From: a virus
Lineage: Duplodnaviria > Heunggongvirae > Uroviricota > Caudoviricetes
Length of the DNA stretch: 59,893 nucleotides
IMG/VR virus record: IMGVR_UViG_3300011399_000001
Span: 64,001-123,893 of that record
Strand: one strand, 5' to 3'
Shown here: positions 45,101 to 54,509 of the stretch, in pieces
Numbering within the stretch: position 1 is the first letter of the stretch
Layout of the letters: each line of letters starts with the position of its first letter
Program-made: the position numbers and the translations under genes
The notes under the pieces: model-generated
What the model saw: only the letters and a program-made list of their open reading frames with translations
What the model was told of the DNA's origin: nothing
The model's database searches: none

Positions 45101-46162
45101 TTATTGTAGAAAAAAACTTTTATCAAGAATTGAATCATAATCTGAATCAGTCATGTCTTTCATTTTTTTCAATTCCTTGAACATACCTACTTGACCGAAG
45201 AATCCTAATCCTACTCTTAAATCATCTGAATCAAAAGAGTTCTTAATGAGTCTTAATGATCTATAATATTTTGAACCATCATCTCCTTTTAATTTATTTA
45301 AATCGTATCCTGATACATCTTCTACTCTATATCGCATTGGATCAAAAAGAGCTAATATGACTTCTGCGTCATCTTGAGTTTGAGAACTTTCTTTAAAGTC
45401 TTCTAAATTAGGTTCTACATCTCCATTTTTAATTCTCATAGGATTTGAAATGTCTCTATTAAATTGACTTATCGCTACAGGTGTATAACCATATAAATCC
45501 CTAGCATAGCTTAATTCGTCAGAAAGCTTATCTATAACTTGTTTTTTGGTATTTAATTCTTTTGTTAGTTTCAATTTCCCTATATGATCTATAATAATTA
45601 TGGTTATTTCATTTTCATTATTAGGAATATATCTTCTGTTATATTTATCAATTTGCTCTATAGTACCATTTTCTTCTGCGTAAGTCCTAATATCTTTAGC
45701 TATTCCTATAGGGTTTTCTGCTCCATCTATAATAGTGACAACCTCTTGCATTTCTTTGAAATAATCTTCATACATTAGAAATAAGTCATGTTCGTCTTTA
45801 TTCATTTTATCATTCCATCCTAAAAGTTTGTTAATTGGTATAATTATTCCCTGTTCTATGAATATTTTTCTAGAAGTCCATTTAGCTAGTTTATATATCT
45901 TACTTCTTTCCATAGAACGATATATAATTTTGAGCTTTATTTTTTTAGTATTTTGTTTAGATATAGAGAAATCATAAGGATTTAATACAAAAGCATCATC
46001 AACAAAACTTGTCTTACCACTCCCTGTAAGTCCTCCTATAAGAAAATATATTGATTTTCTAATTCCTATATATTTGTTTAATCTTGGAAAGCCTATTGGA
46101 ATACCTGTGTTTCGGCCTTCCATTCCTTTAGCTACTTCTTGTTTCAGTAATTCAAAACTCAT
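45101..46162 (-). CDS. DnaB-like SF4 replicative helicase
   Basis: GGLTGSGKTS, SME, IIIDH, ISQFNR, FKESSQ..DDA. Confidence 0.85.
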   Translation of the reverse strand: MSFELLKQEVAKGMEGRNTGIPIGFPRLNKYIGIRKSIYFLIGGLTGSGKTSFVDDAFVLNPYDFSISKQNTKKIKLKIIYRSMERSKIYKLAKWTSRKIFIEQGIIIPINKLLGWNDKMNKDEHDLFLMYEDYFKEMQEVVTIIDGAENPIGIAKDIRTYAEENGTIEQIDKYNRRYIPNNENEITIIIIDHIGKLKLTKELNTKKQVIDKLSDELSYARDLYGYTPVAISQFNRDISNPMRIKNGDVEPNLEDFKESSQTQDDAEVILALFDPMRYRVEDVSGYDLNKLKGDDGSKYYRSLRLIKNSFDSDDLRVGLGFFGQVGMFKELKKMKDMTDSDYDSILDKSFFLQ

Positions 46163-46928
46163 ATGTTATATTTGTATATTTTCTTATTTAATTTATATTT
46201 CATAGATTCTATCATATAAGGCTCTATTAAGGTTTCAAATATATTTGCACTTTTAACAGAAATATACAATATATAATACATTCCATTATTCTTTTTATTT
46301 GGCCTTTTATGAATAGTAACTTTAAGATTAAATTTATTTGATAATATTGGAATTATTTCATCTAATTCTTCTTTTAAGAAAGAATTTGTAAATATATTAT
46401 AACCCCCAGATGCCAATTTGCTACCATCATCCATATACCATACTGCTAATCCCAATGGTTCTAATTGTTCAATTACTTCTTTTTTTATATGTTTCTTTTT
46501 GTTAATATCATAAAATAACTCATAAATGTAATTTAAACATAGATGTGTATTAATATTAGCTTCATATCTAATCTGTCCTCCATAAGCAGTTTTTTTAAAG
46601 GAGTCACTAATCTATTTAATTCTTTTATTTTCCATTTTATATATTCTTCTTGTTTTGGACCATGTACAATAGTTCCTGAAGTACCACATCTTTTACTATA
46701 CGAGCCTTTTTTAAGATGACCATCACCTAATATATGTCCTAATATAATTTGTTCTTCTTTTGGAGTTAAAGATTTAATTAATGTACTTTTTTTATTTTCT
46801 ACTAATCCTATCTTTCTTCTTTTGATTGAAATCCATTGATTAGGTACATTAAAAAATTCTGATAATTCTTTATCTGTCAATCCTTCAATATGTTTCTGTA
46901 GAAGCAAATCATTGTTAACTTTTCCCAT
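46159..46928 (-). pseudogene. Two-motif LAGLIDADG homing endonuclease split by a single-base frameshift
   Basis: ILGHILGDG in the 5' ORF, LAVWYMDDG in the 3' ORF; joined by a -1 shift at TTTAAAAAAA (46590-99). Confidence 0.85.
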
Positions 46929-46945
46929 AATATTTAATAATTTAA

Positions 46946-46977
46946 CAAATATATAAATAAAATGGTGGAAAACCTAA
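46946..46977 (-). promoter_or_regulatory. Bacteroidota-type promoter upstream of the LAGLIDADG gene
   Basis: TATATTTG (46946-53); -33 position reads TTAG at 20 nt spacing. Confidence 0.6.
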
Positions 46978-46995
46978 TAATTTACGGATATTTTT

Positions 46996-47646
46996 CTAAA
47001 TATCTGTAGCGTTAGGTGATTTAACATAACTAATTTGATTATTTTTACTTATTTCAACAAAATTTTCGAAAGTTCTTTGATTTAGATAAGTTAAACTATT
47101 TTGCATATAAGAAAGTTTATTCTGTCCTTCTTTTATAGACTTTTGTATTTTTAGGTCAATTTCATATTTTAATGCTCTGATCAGGTCTTCTGCTGTATAT
47201 TCACCTTCTGACAATATTTTATTAAATTTTATTCTGCAATCTTCTTTGTTTACTTTTAATCCTCTGGAGCCACTAAATAATACAGATTTGTCATTAATGT
47301 TACCTGTTTTTTCTTTTAATAAAATAATATCATTTGATCTGTAGGATTTCCACCATTCAATAAAGTGGTCTTCTACAGGCTTATTTCTAACAAGCTTAAT
47401 CCCCTCTTCCGTGGAAAGGAAAGCCAATAACACTTTCCCTTCCAATGTCAATTGTCCAGCATCAGATACTAAGCCTTTTCTGTTAACAGTTTGTATTAAT
47501 GAGGATATTTTTGCACTTTCTTCACTCAAGGCCTCTTCAATCACATACCCCTCTTCTATCATTTTAAGGATGAATACAACATCTAATGAGTACCCTTTTT
47601 TAATGATTTGTGCAAATTTGTTAGGTGTTAACTGTAGACTTATCAT
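46996..47646 (-). CDS. Hypothetical replication-associated protein
   Basis: N-terminal winged-helix-like part; F..WW..Y...YMQNS.TYLNQ..F.NF C-terminus; adjacent to helicase and polymerase (inference). Confidence 0.5.
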   Translation of the reverse strand: MISLQLTPNKFAQIIKKGYSLDVVFILKMIEEGYVIEEALSEESAKISSLIQTVNRKGLVSDAGQLTLEGKVLLAFLSTEEGIKLVRNKPVEDHFIEWWKSYRSNDIILLKEKTGNINDKSVLFSGSRGLKVNKEDCRIKFNKILSEGEYTAEDLIRALKYEIDLKIQKSIKEGQNKLSYMQNSLTYLNQRTFENFVEISKNNQISYVKSPNATDI

Positions 47647-47779
47647 GTTTAATTTCTGTTAATAATTCCACCCTTGCAGGTTTTTGTTTTTTTAGCTCTT
47701 CTTCATACTGCCACCAATTCTCAATATCCTTTTCAGCCTGCAAATAAGCAAGCTCTCTGTAATACTCCTCTTCTTCCAT
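47621..47779 (-). CDS. Small acidic protein (52 aa)
   Basis: Read manually: MEEEEYYRELAYLQAEKDIENWWQYEEELKKQKPARVELL... Confidence 0.5.
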   Translation of the reverse strand: MEEEEYYRELAYLQAEKDIENWWQYEEELKKQKPARVELLTEIKHDKSTVNT

Positions 47780-47788
47780 ACAAATTTA

Positions 47789-48046
47789 TTAATTTTCCAC
47801 CCTAAGTCCAAATTGTTGTATAAATTTATCTAAAGCTACCTGTGCTTTCTGTTTAGAACACTTTAATGTCTTCTTTATTAAGGGAATAGCATATTGTTTA
47901 AATTTTTCCTGTTGTTTTTTTGTAATAGTCCATTTTTCCCTCCATTTGTGCTCAAAAAAGGCATCTAACATTGTCAACTCTATTAAATTAAATTGCTTCT
48001 CTATTAAATGGAGCTCTATATTCTCTCTTTTTATTTTCTTAGACAT
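47789..48046 (-). CDS. Hypothetical protein
   Basis: Track ORF. Confidence 0.55.
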   Translation of the reverse strand: MSKKIKRENIELHLIEKQFNLIELTMLDAFFEHKWREKWTITKKQQEKFKQYAIPLIKKTLKCSKQKAQVALDKFIQQFGLRVEN

Positions 48047-48287
48047 TTTCTAATATTTGTGTCATTACATCATCATATTTTTCAGGAGATATAAAATCTG
48101 TTCCATTACAGTGAATAGCTGTATACATTTTATCGTTCTCTTTATATGGGGCTATAGCAGCAATATTTATAAACAGCATTTTTCTAATACTACAATCTTC
48201 TATAGGAATATCATCATCAAGCCCCAATTCCATCATTTTCATTTGTTCTTTCTCATAAAAGAATATCTCTACTTCTATTGGTTTCAT
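48039..48287 (-). CDS. Hypothetical protein
   Basis: Track ORF. Confidence 0.55.
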   Translation of the reverse strand: MKPIEVEIFFYEKEQMKMMELGLDDDIPIEDCSIRKMLFINIAAIAPYKENDKMYTAIHCNGTDFISPEKYDDVMTQILENV

Positions 48288-48288
48288 A

Positions 48289-50406
48289 TTAAAACATTGA
48301 AAGTTGATTTTTATCTGTATTTATTTTCCTTTTCTTACCTCCTAGGGCCACTTTATCAATAATTCTCTGACATCTCTCTATATAATAAGAGAAGTCAATG
48401 TTATCAAGGGGATGGTCTTTTGGAAGTTTATTACAAACTGTTGCCAGCCAATCTCCAGCCTCTACTTGTGCTACATCTACAGCATTTGTTGTACATGAAG
48501 GGTTTTTGATCTTTAAGAGTTTTTCACCCGTTTTTGATATATAATAGCGTATTAATTTATTATATATAGATTTAGGTTGTTTTTCAAGGAGTTTCTTTTT
48601 TATCTCTCCATATACTTCAGCAAGAGGTCTTTTGTCTGTAGGGTGGTCCCATCTTCCATCTTCATGTTCAAACCATCCTAATGATTCTAAAGTTCCTTTA
48701 GGAACATCAACTCCTTTTACGTTTCTAATTCCTTCATAATGAAAATCTTTAGAGGCTTTCTGTCTTAGGGTAAAATCATATATATTCTTGTGGTTTTGTA
48801 TAGTTTCCTCAATTGGTATACCTTCCACATAATACTTTTCAAGAGCTATAGGACATATTCTAGCTGATTTGTTCTTATGAAGTTCAAAATCCTTCATGAA
48901 ATCCCCTTTGAATTTAACACTATCCTCTGTCTTTTCCCCCTCCTTTATGGCTATATAATCATTTACAGTAGAAAACACCATTTTCTTGTATTTTACCTCC
49001 TCAAGTTCATATGTTAGCTTATTAGTGGTTTTTTCAAGCCACTCCTTCTTAATTTTGGCAAAATATTCTCCCTTTGTCTTAGGAACTATAAATGTAGCTC
49101 CATCTGTATTAGCCATAATACATCTAAAACCCTGTAGCTCACATTCCTCTATAAACATTAGCAATGACAGCTCCCCTGTAATACAGGTTGCTAGGGTCAT
49201 TTGTTTATCATATAGCCAGCTTTGCATATCAGATGACTTCCCATAGGGGCAATTACCAGCCTCCTTTAAACCGCCTACAATCCCTTTTATACGCTTATCT
49301 TTCTTAGCCAGGGGTTTAAGCTCTATTCTCCTCAAATACACCTTTGTATACCCCACTAAAAACTCCTTTCCTAAATGGAAGGGGTAATAGGAATTGTTAA
49401 TAATAATGGCAGGATAAAAGCCACTTACATCTATGTCTATAATGTCATTTTCTACATCAGATTCATATATCTTGCCATTTATGACATTATGCAGTCCTCC
49501 TTTAGCAAATGTATATGTTTGTCCATAAAATACAACACTCTCTATAAAATCCTCTGTAATTGCAATGTCCAAGCCCTTTATCCTCCTTAAAAAGTCCTGT
49601 AATTGCTTAGTTTTAAAAGAAATTTGTTTAGGAATACAATACTTTAGAGCAATTGATTTTCTAAAAAACCCCTTTTTAGGGAGATTTTGATATTTTATTC
49701 CCTTTGTTTCACAATAATACTTTTTAATAATCTCATCGCCAATTTTCGCATTACTAAAGTTCCTACAGGGAATTTTGAATTCTGCTTCAATATCCTGTCT
49801 AAGCTGAATTTGGTTATTTCCTTTATATAGGGGGTGATTTGTCTCCCCTATTAGTATAAGGTAGAATTGATAAGTGGCGTATACGTCATTACCTCCATAA
49901 TCACAAATTGTTTCTATTTCCTCTAAAGTTAAATCTTTTTTATTAAAAGGAATGGGAAGCTCTTCAATTAGTTCTAAGTCCATTTCAAACATCAATCTCT
50001 TCAAAGAAACCATTCGATTCTTATTGTCGAAATGTGAGACTTTCATTAAATCTATATGTTTGAAAGATAATTCATACTCTCTATATTCTGGAAAAATATC
50101 ATAATTTGAATCATCTATTACATCTTGAGCTTTTTGACATATTTTTGAACATATTTCCAATCTTGAAAGTTCATTCCAATTTTCATAATTTCTATATATC
50201 CATTCTAATATAATAGCATCAAATCGAAGGTTGTTATAACCTACTAGATGATAATCTTTATGATTTTCTAAAAATCTAAATAATCCATCTAATTGATTTT
50301 CCCATCTACTAACTTTAAACTGATCCCACTTATTTATTTCTGGATTATAAAATTTTATTAAAAACAGTTCTAGATAAGTCTCTTCATCAAAACAAAGTAT
50401 CTTCAT
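48289..50406 (-). CDS. polB: Family B DNA polymerase with 3'-5' exonuclease domain
   Basis: ExoI DEE, ExoII GYNNLRFD, ExoIII YGGND; motif A DVSGFYP, motif B KEAGNCPYGK, motif C NTDG. Confidence 0.93.
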   Translation of the reverse strand: MKILCFDEETYLELFLIKFYNPEINKWDQFKVSRWENQLDGLFRFLENHKDYHLVGYNNLRFDAIILEWIYRNYENWNELSRLEICSKICQKAQDVIDDSNYDIFPEYREYELSFKHIDLMKVSHFDNKNRMVSLKRLMFEMDLELIEELPIPFNKKDLTLEEIETICDYGGNDVYATYQFYLILIGETNHPLYKGNNQIQLRQDIEAEFKIPCRNFSNAKIGDEIIKKYYCETKGIKYQNLPKKGFFRKSIALKYCIPKQISFKTKQLQDFLRRIKGLDIAITEDFIESVVFYGQTYTFAKGGLHNVINGKIYESDVENDIIDIDVSGFYPAIIINNSYYPFHLGKEFLVGYTKVYLRRIELKPLAKKDKRIKGIVGGLKEAGNCPYGKSSDMQSWLYDKQMTLATCITGELSLLMFIEECELQGFRCIMANTDGATFIVPKTKGEYFAKIKKEWLEKTTNKLTYELEEVKYKKMVFSTVNDYIAIKEGEKTEDSVKFKGDFMKDFELHKNKSARICPIALEKYYVEGIPIEETIQNHKNIYDFTLRQKASKDFHYEGIRNVKGVDVPKGTLESLGWFEHEDGRWDHPTDKRPLAEVYGEIKKKLLEKQPKSIYNKLIRYYISKTGEKLLKIKNPSCTTNAVDVAQVEAGDWLATVCNKLPKDHPLDNIDFSYYIERCQRIIDKVALGGKKRKINTDKNQLSMF

Positions 50407-50512
50407 AAATTTTTATTTATATTATGTGCTACTAAGAGATCAATATTGTCTTGTATTTTGAATATTTCTATCAACATTAGATACGATCTATATTTTCTAA
50501 ATAAACAGTAAT

Positions 50513-50959
50513 CTAGATATTTTCTGTTATAGCCTCTAGCTTATCTAAATCCTCTTTATCTACATCAATAAGCCATCTTTTGTCTATTTCTGAATGATAC
50601 TCACCACATACAGATGTATAAGCTTTGTGTAAAGAATAAAAGTCATCATTTGACATACAATTGGCTATTTTCTGGAGCATATGAAAACCTGCTTTTCTAT
50701 AATTCCTGGGGTTAAGATTTATCATCACCCTAGCATTAAATAATTCTGCCAATTTAGTCATCTCCTCCCATTGCACCTCTAATTTATCAATAGAAGAGAT
50801 GAAATACCCCTTGATTAGACGACTATTGTTACTTGAGCCACCTAATCTTATACCTTTATGATCTACCTTCCTCTGAATCACCTGTACGAAATAGAATATA
50901 TCTTTGTGTGGAAATTGAAGTAACGGAATTATTAATTTTTTGTTATTTACCATTACCAA
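50513..50959 (-). pseudogene. Apparently C-terminally truncated phage protein (AEP-like family)
   Basis: FYFVQVIQRK...NAR..I..N.R...KRWLIDVD, then a stop soon after; the expected downstream His motif is absent in all three frames (family recalled, not searched). Confidence 0.45.
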
Positions 50960-51300
50960 TCATTTTCAAATGAATATATAAACTTGCTCAGAAAATATTC
51001 TTTAAAGTCAATTTCTTCTTTAGACCCTTGTTTAATAATATCATTTTCAATAGCTGTTTCTAACATATCATCCACTTTTAAAACAGCATATTTATCTGTA
51101 TGAAAATCATCATATAGAGTATATTTATTCCAATTAATTCCTTTGGGTTCTTCATAATATGAGCTATGATCGCCCAATTCTGATAGTATAAATACATTCC
51201 ACCTCTCTTCTAAAGGAATTTTCTTATCTTTTACATATCCTTTAACTTCTTTTTTAAGAGACTTCTTCTCTTCATTAAAGATTTCAATTTTTTCTTTCAT
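50953..51300 (-). CDS. Hypothetical protein
   Basis: Track ORF. Confidence 0.55.
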   Translation of the reverse strand: MKEKIEIFNEEKKSLKKEVKGYVKDKKIPLEERWNVFILSELGDHSSYYEEPKGINWNKYTLYDDFHTDKYAVLKVDDMLETAIENDIIKQGSKEEIDFKEYFLSKFIYSFENDW

Positions 51301-51470
51301 TATCTTAAATTTTAATATATATCTTCATAACGTAAATAAATAAAACATTTTCCTATTATATCCCCATGTGTAACATATATAAACATCCTTGTTTCTTGTT
51401 AATTGAAGAGAAGGGGATAGTTTTCTCCAAATTAAGAACAAAATTACGAAAATTAATACATATAACATAC

Positions 51471-51773
51471 TTATTTTTCTTTTTCGAGTCTTTTTATTGT
51501 CCTATTAATATTTGCTATACGAGGAGCTATTTTATATTTACTGTACCAAAACATATCAATTGAATTTCTTGGTCTTTTGAGCCCTACATCCTCTGGACTA
51601 TATTCATCAGCAAGTAGTTTTTGATAATGATATAAATTGTGTAAAACAGCACAAAAACCAGGTTTCATCATTTCCCCTTTATTAAGAGGGTCTTTATTCT
51701 CTAATATAAACTTCTTTACTAATTTAAGTACCCTAATTTTGCTTCTAGGGGTGTTAGCTCTTATTGGTTTCAT
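51471..51773 (-). CDS. Hypothetical protein
   Basis: Track ORF. Confidence 0.5.
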   Translation of the reverse strand: MKPIRANTPRSKIRVLKLVKKFILENKDPLNKGEMMKPGFCAVLHNLYHYQKLLADEYSPEDVGLKRPRNSIDMFWYSKYKIAPRIANINRTIKRLEKEK

Positions 51774-51784
51774 ATTTTCGTTGT

Positions 51785-51922
51785 TTAATACCCCAATTTC
51801 TCCAATAGCTGTGTATCAGCTATAATGTATATTACTCCCTGTAAAATGTAAAGTTCATATAATGCCTTAAATATCTTTTGGAAGTTTTGCCACTCCCGCG
51901 CAGTAAGGTTTATAGTTTTCAT
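51785..51922 (-). CDS. Small hypothetical protein (45 aa)
   Basis: Read manually: MKTINLTAREWQNFQKIFKALYELYILQGVIYIIADTQLLEKLGY. Confidence 0.5.
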   Translation of the reverse strand: MKTINLTAREWQNFQKIFKALYELYILQGVIYIIADTQLLEKLGY

Positions 51923-52506
51923 TGATATTTATTTAATAGGTATAGATATTTACAACCAGGAGATTTCATTTTTTTCAATACAGTTAAACAAATATCTGCT
52001 AAAAGCGTTAAATATTTGTCAGTTGACATTTTATTAAAGAGGCATTGGTTGTTAACTAAATCATCATAAGAAAAGTTTTCAATTTCATAAAAATTCTCCT
52101 TAATTTCTGATATTTTATTAAGTATTGAAAGTTTCTTATTGTTTACTATTTTATCAAATTTCTTTCTAAAAGCTAATTGAGTAAATTCTTCAACTATCAA
52201 TTCTTCAAATTTGTCTTGATTAAGTTTGTTTGAACCTAATTGAGCAATAGCAATTTTGATCATTCCTTTTGCTCTTGCTTTATTAGAGCTCCAATTTCCA
52301 TCATTAAGATTTATTTTGAAGTTCCTTACACTACCTCCTACACATGGAGGAGAATCATCATGTTCTAGTCCACATGCATAATTTACTGCTGCTTCAACAC
52401 ACATTTTTCCAGGAGTAGGATCACCTAGTCCATTACATAGTCCAGGAGTAACCACATCAATTACTTTCTGTGCTAGTTTTTTATCAACTTTTATCTTTTT
52501 GCTCAT
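51919..52506 (-). CDS. Hypothetical protein
   Basis: True start likely MSKKIK (52506); GL..GLG.P.PG.MCVEAAV..A.G..H.D.PPCV motif. Confidence 0.65.
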   Translation of the reverse strand: MSKKIKVDKKLAQKVIDVVTPGLCNGLGDPTPGKMCVEAAVNYACGLEHDDSPPCVGGSVRNFKINLNDGNWSSNKARAKGMIKIAIAQLGSNKLNQDKFEELIVEEFTQLAFRKKFDKIVNNKKLSILNKISEIKENFYEIENFSYDDLVNNQCLFNKMSTDKYLTLLADICLTVLKKMKSPGCKYLYLLNKYQ

Positions 52507-52523
52507 ATATTTTTTGTTTAAAT

Positions 52524-52553
52524 AAAAAAGGGGCAAACATTTCTGCCTGCCCC
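52524..52553 (-). terminator. Intrinsic terminator with GAAA tetraloop
   Basis: Minus strand GGGGCAGGCA-GAAA-TGTTTGCCCC, then TTTTTTATT. Confidence 0.9.
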
Positions 52554-52573
52554 TCACAACCCAATCACTAAAA

Positions 52574-52884
52574 TTAGTCTAGGAAAGCTTCTTTTTCAGC
52601 TTCAAGAGCCTTCTGAGCAGCTTTTAAACCATCAACTTCTGTTTGAATATTGATAAGTTTCTGGATGTAGGAAGAGAGATTACCCTCCACTTTAGCAGCA
52701 GCTACAAGAGCCTCACGGGCAGTTGTTTGTTCTGCTTCCTTCCCCAATAATTGTTCTTCTAAGCTATCAGCAGCAGAAGAAAATGCACGTTCTACTCGTT
52801 TTACAACGAAAGGACGTTTTACAGCTTCGATTGCTCCATCAAGAATACGTGATAGGATTGATTGTTTTTTGTTGCAGTTTCCAT
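52574..52884 (-). pseudogene. Ala/Glu-rich coiled-coil protein (about 103 aa) split by a -1 frameshift at codon 6-7
   Basis: ATG GAA ACT GCA ACA AAA AAC; the -1 frame gives QSILSRILDGAIEAVKRPFVVKRVERAFSSAADSLEEQLL...EAEKEAFLD with no start codon of its own; missed by the track. Confidence 0.75.
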
Positions 52885-52890
52885 AATTTG

Positions 52891-53673
52891 TTAGTTAATT
52901 TTAATTGTTTGTTTTGTTTTTACTAAAATATTTACTTCTTTTTCTGTATTTTTAAGTGTTACAGAAGCACTTTTTCTTGGTAATTTGATATTTGTTACTT
53001 CAGCATCTATATACACCCAAAATTCACCTTTTTTAGGCATTTCTTTCATAATTTTTGGCTTATTTTGAGCCTCAAATTCTGCCTTGGTACAAACCTCGTA
53101 TTGAGTCAAAGTTGCATATTTCCCTTGTTCATCCTGTACAAGTTTATATTCTTGTTTTGTTCTTAATACCTTAAAGATTTTACCTATAAGCTCTTTATTA
53201 CCTTCGTGACAATTTCCTATGTTATAATCAACTTCTGGAAAGACAGTGCTAGCCCATTGATATGTTTTACATTTTACATATTCTTCCATTTGTATAGATT
53301 TTAAAGCCTTCTCTTTAGGGATGAATTTGTTAGCCTTTATACAAACATCAAGCCATTTGATTTCATCTAATGTAGCAGGTCTAGCCTTTCTATCATCATA
53401 TTCAAAACAACATCCTGAATCTAATTCTAATGTAAGATTCCCTAAAGCATTATTGAAATCACCAATTAGAGGTCCATAACAACGTGTTGCTTCCCAATCA
53501 GTCCTATAATTAGCTAGTATTATTTTACCCTTCAAACTATCACTTTTCCCTTCTACAAGAAAATAGTCACCTTTTTTAGGTCTATAAATAGTTTCAATCT
53601 TATCAACATGTCCATCTGGGAGATCTTCATTATTTTTATTTGTATTCATAATTTGTGTGATTAGGTGATTCAT
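52891..53673 (-). CDS. Hypothetical protein
   Basis: Track ORF; R.AT.DEIKWLD.CI motif. Confidence 0.6.
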   Translation of the reverse strand: MNHLITQIMNTNKNNEDLPDGHVDKIETIYRPKKGDYFLVEGKSDSLKGKIILANYRTDWEATRCYGPLIGDFNNALGNLTLELDSGCCFEYDDRKARPATLDEIKWLDVCIKANKFIPKEKALKSIQMEEYVKCKTYQWASTVFPEVDYNIGNCHEGNKELIGKIFKVLRTKQEYKLVQDEQGKYATLTQYEVCTKAEFEAQNKPKIMKEMPKKGEFWVYIDAEVTNIKLPRKSASVTLKNTEKEVNILVKTKQTIKIN

Positions 53674-54316
53674 TATTTAACATTCTTCTAAAATGACGAG
53701 AGGAAAAACTAAAGGATTCACTATTATATGCTTTCGTTGCTGAAACAAATACAACATTTGTTAGCTTATTTAATATCTTCTTAGAAGTATTTCTTCTACC
53801 AGTATTCAAATCTTTCAATATTTGCTGCTTTCTTTCTTTAGATATTACTCTATTTTTAGCTGCTTTAGATATAATTTGTTTGTTTTGTTCAGATAATTTT
53901 CTTCCTTTATTTTTTAGAGATATTTTATTTTTAGACTCTGTTGAATGATGACTTCCTTTAAATTTAGAAGGTTTACCTTTAAGTCTATCTGACATATTTT
54001 TAACAGTTTCTTTTGTATGTTTGAAACCTAATATTCCATCTCCTCCATTTGTACAATTTAACCCTTTTTCCTTTGAATTAAATAATTTTATGTAATAAAT
54101 TTCTTTATTATTTAAATCTTTTAATTCAATAGAATCAAATTTTTCAATTATTTCAAATATATGATTTTCTGTACCATACTTCTTGAAACTTCTATATAAC
54201 TTAGGTTGTTCTTTACATAGTAATTTCTTATATCTTTTAAATCTATTAATGATATTGAAACTCTTACCTATATAAATTTTATTACTGGGAGAAGTTATTT
54301 TATAAATACCTATCAT
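53636..54316 (-). mobile_element. GIY-YIG homing endonuclease with NUMOD3 repeats
   Basis: IGIYKITSPSNKIYIGKS, NCTNGGDG, HSTESKNKIS. Confidence 0.92.
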
Positions 54317-54320
54317 AATA

Positions 54321-54336
54321 CAAATATACGAAATTT
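54321..54336 (-). promoter_or_regulatory. -7 promoter element upstream of the GIY-YIG gene
   Basis: AAATTTCGTATATTTG(T), identical to the element at 40826-42; no clear -33. Confidence 0.65.
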
Positions 54337-54407
54337 ATGTCTTTATTTGTTTAACGAATCTCCAAAACCCCTTGTCTGTTATTCTCTCAGACAGCTTCTG
54401 TCTAAAA

Positions 54408-54443
54408 GAAAAAGGCTGCCCTTTTATGTAGGACAGCCTTTTT
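54408..54443 (-). terminator. Intrinsic terminator (A/T flanks on both sides)
   Basis: Minus strand AAAAGGCTGTCC-tacataaaa-GGGCAGCCTTTT, then TCTTTT. Confidence 0.8.
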
Positions 54444-54509
54444 GTTAGCTCTGATAAACTCATGGGATGAACACTCCTCCGTTTTTGAGAGCATTTTTTA
54501 CAATAGCTT

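Noticed and set aside
51919-52557. Track start at 52557
   Set aside because: The extra N-terminal codons are the terminator hairpin; ATG 52506 has a proper A-rich leader.
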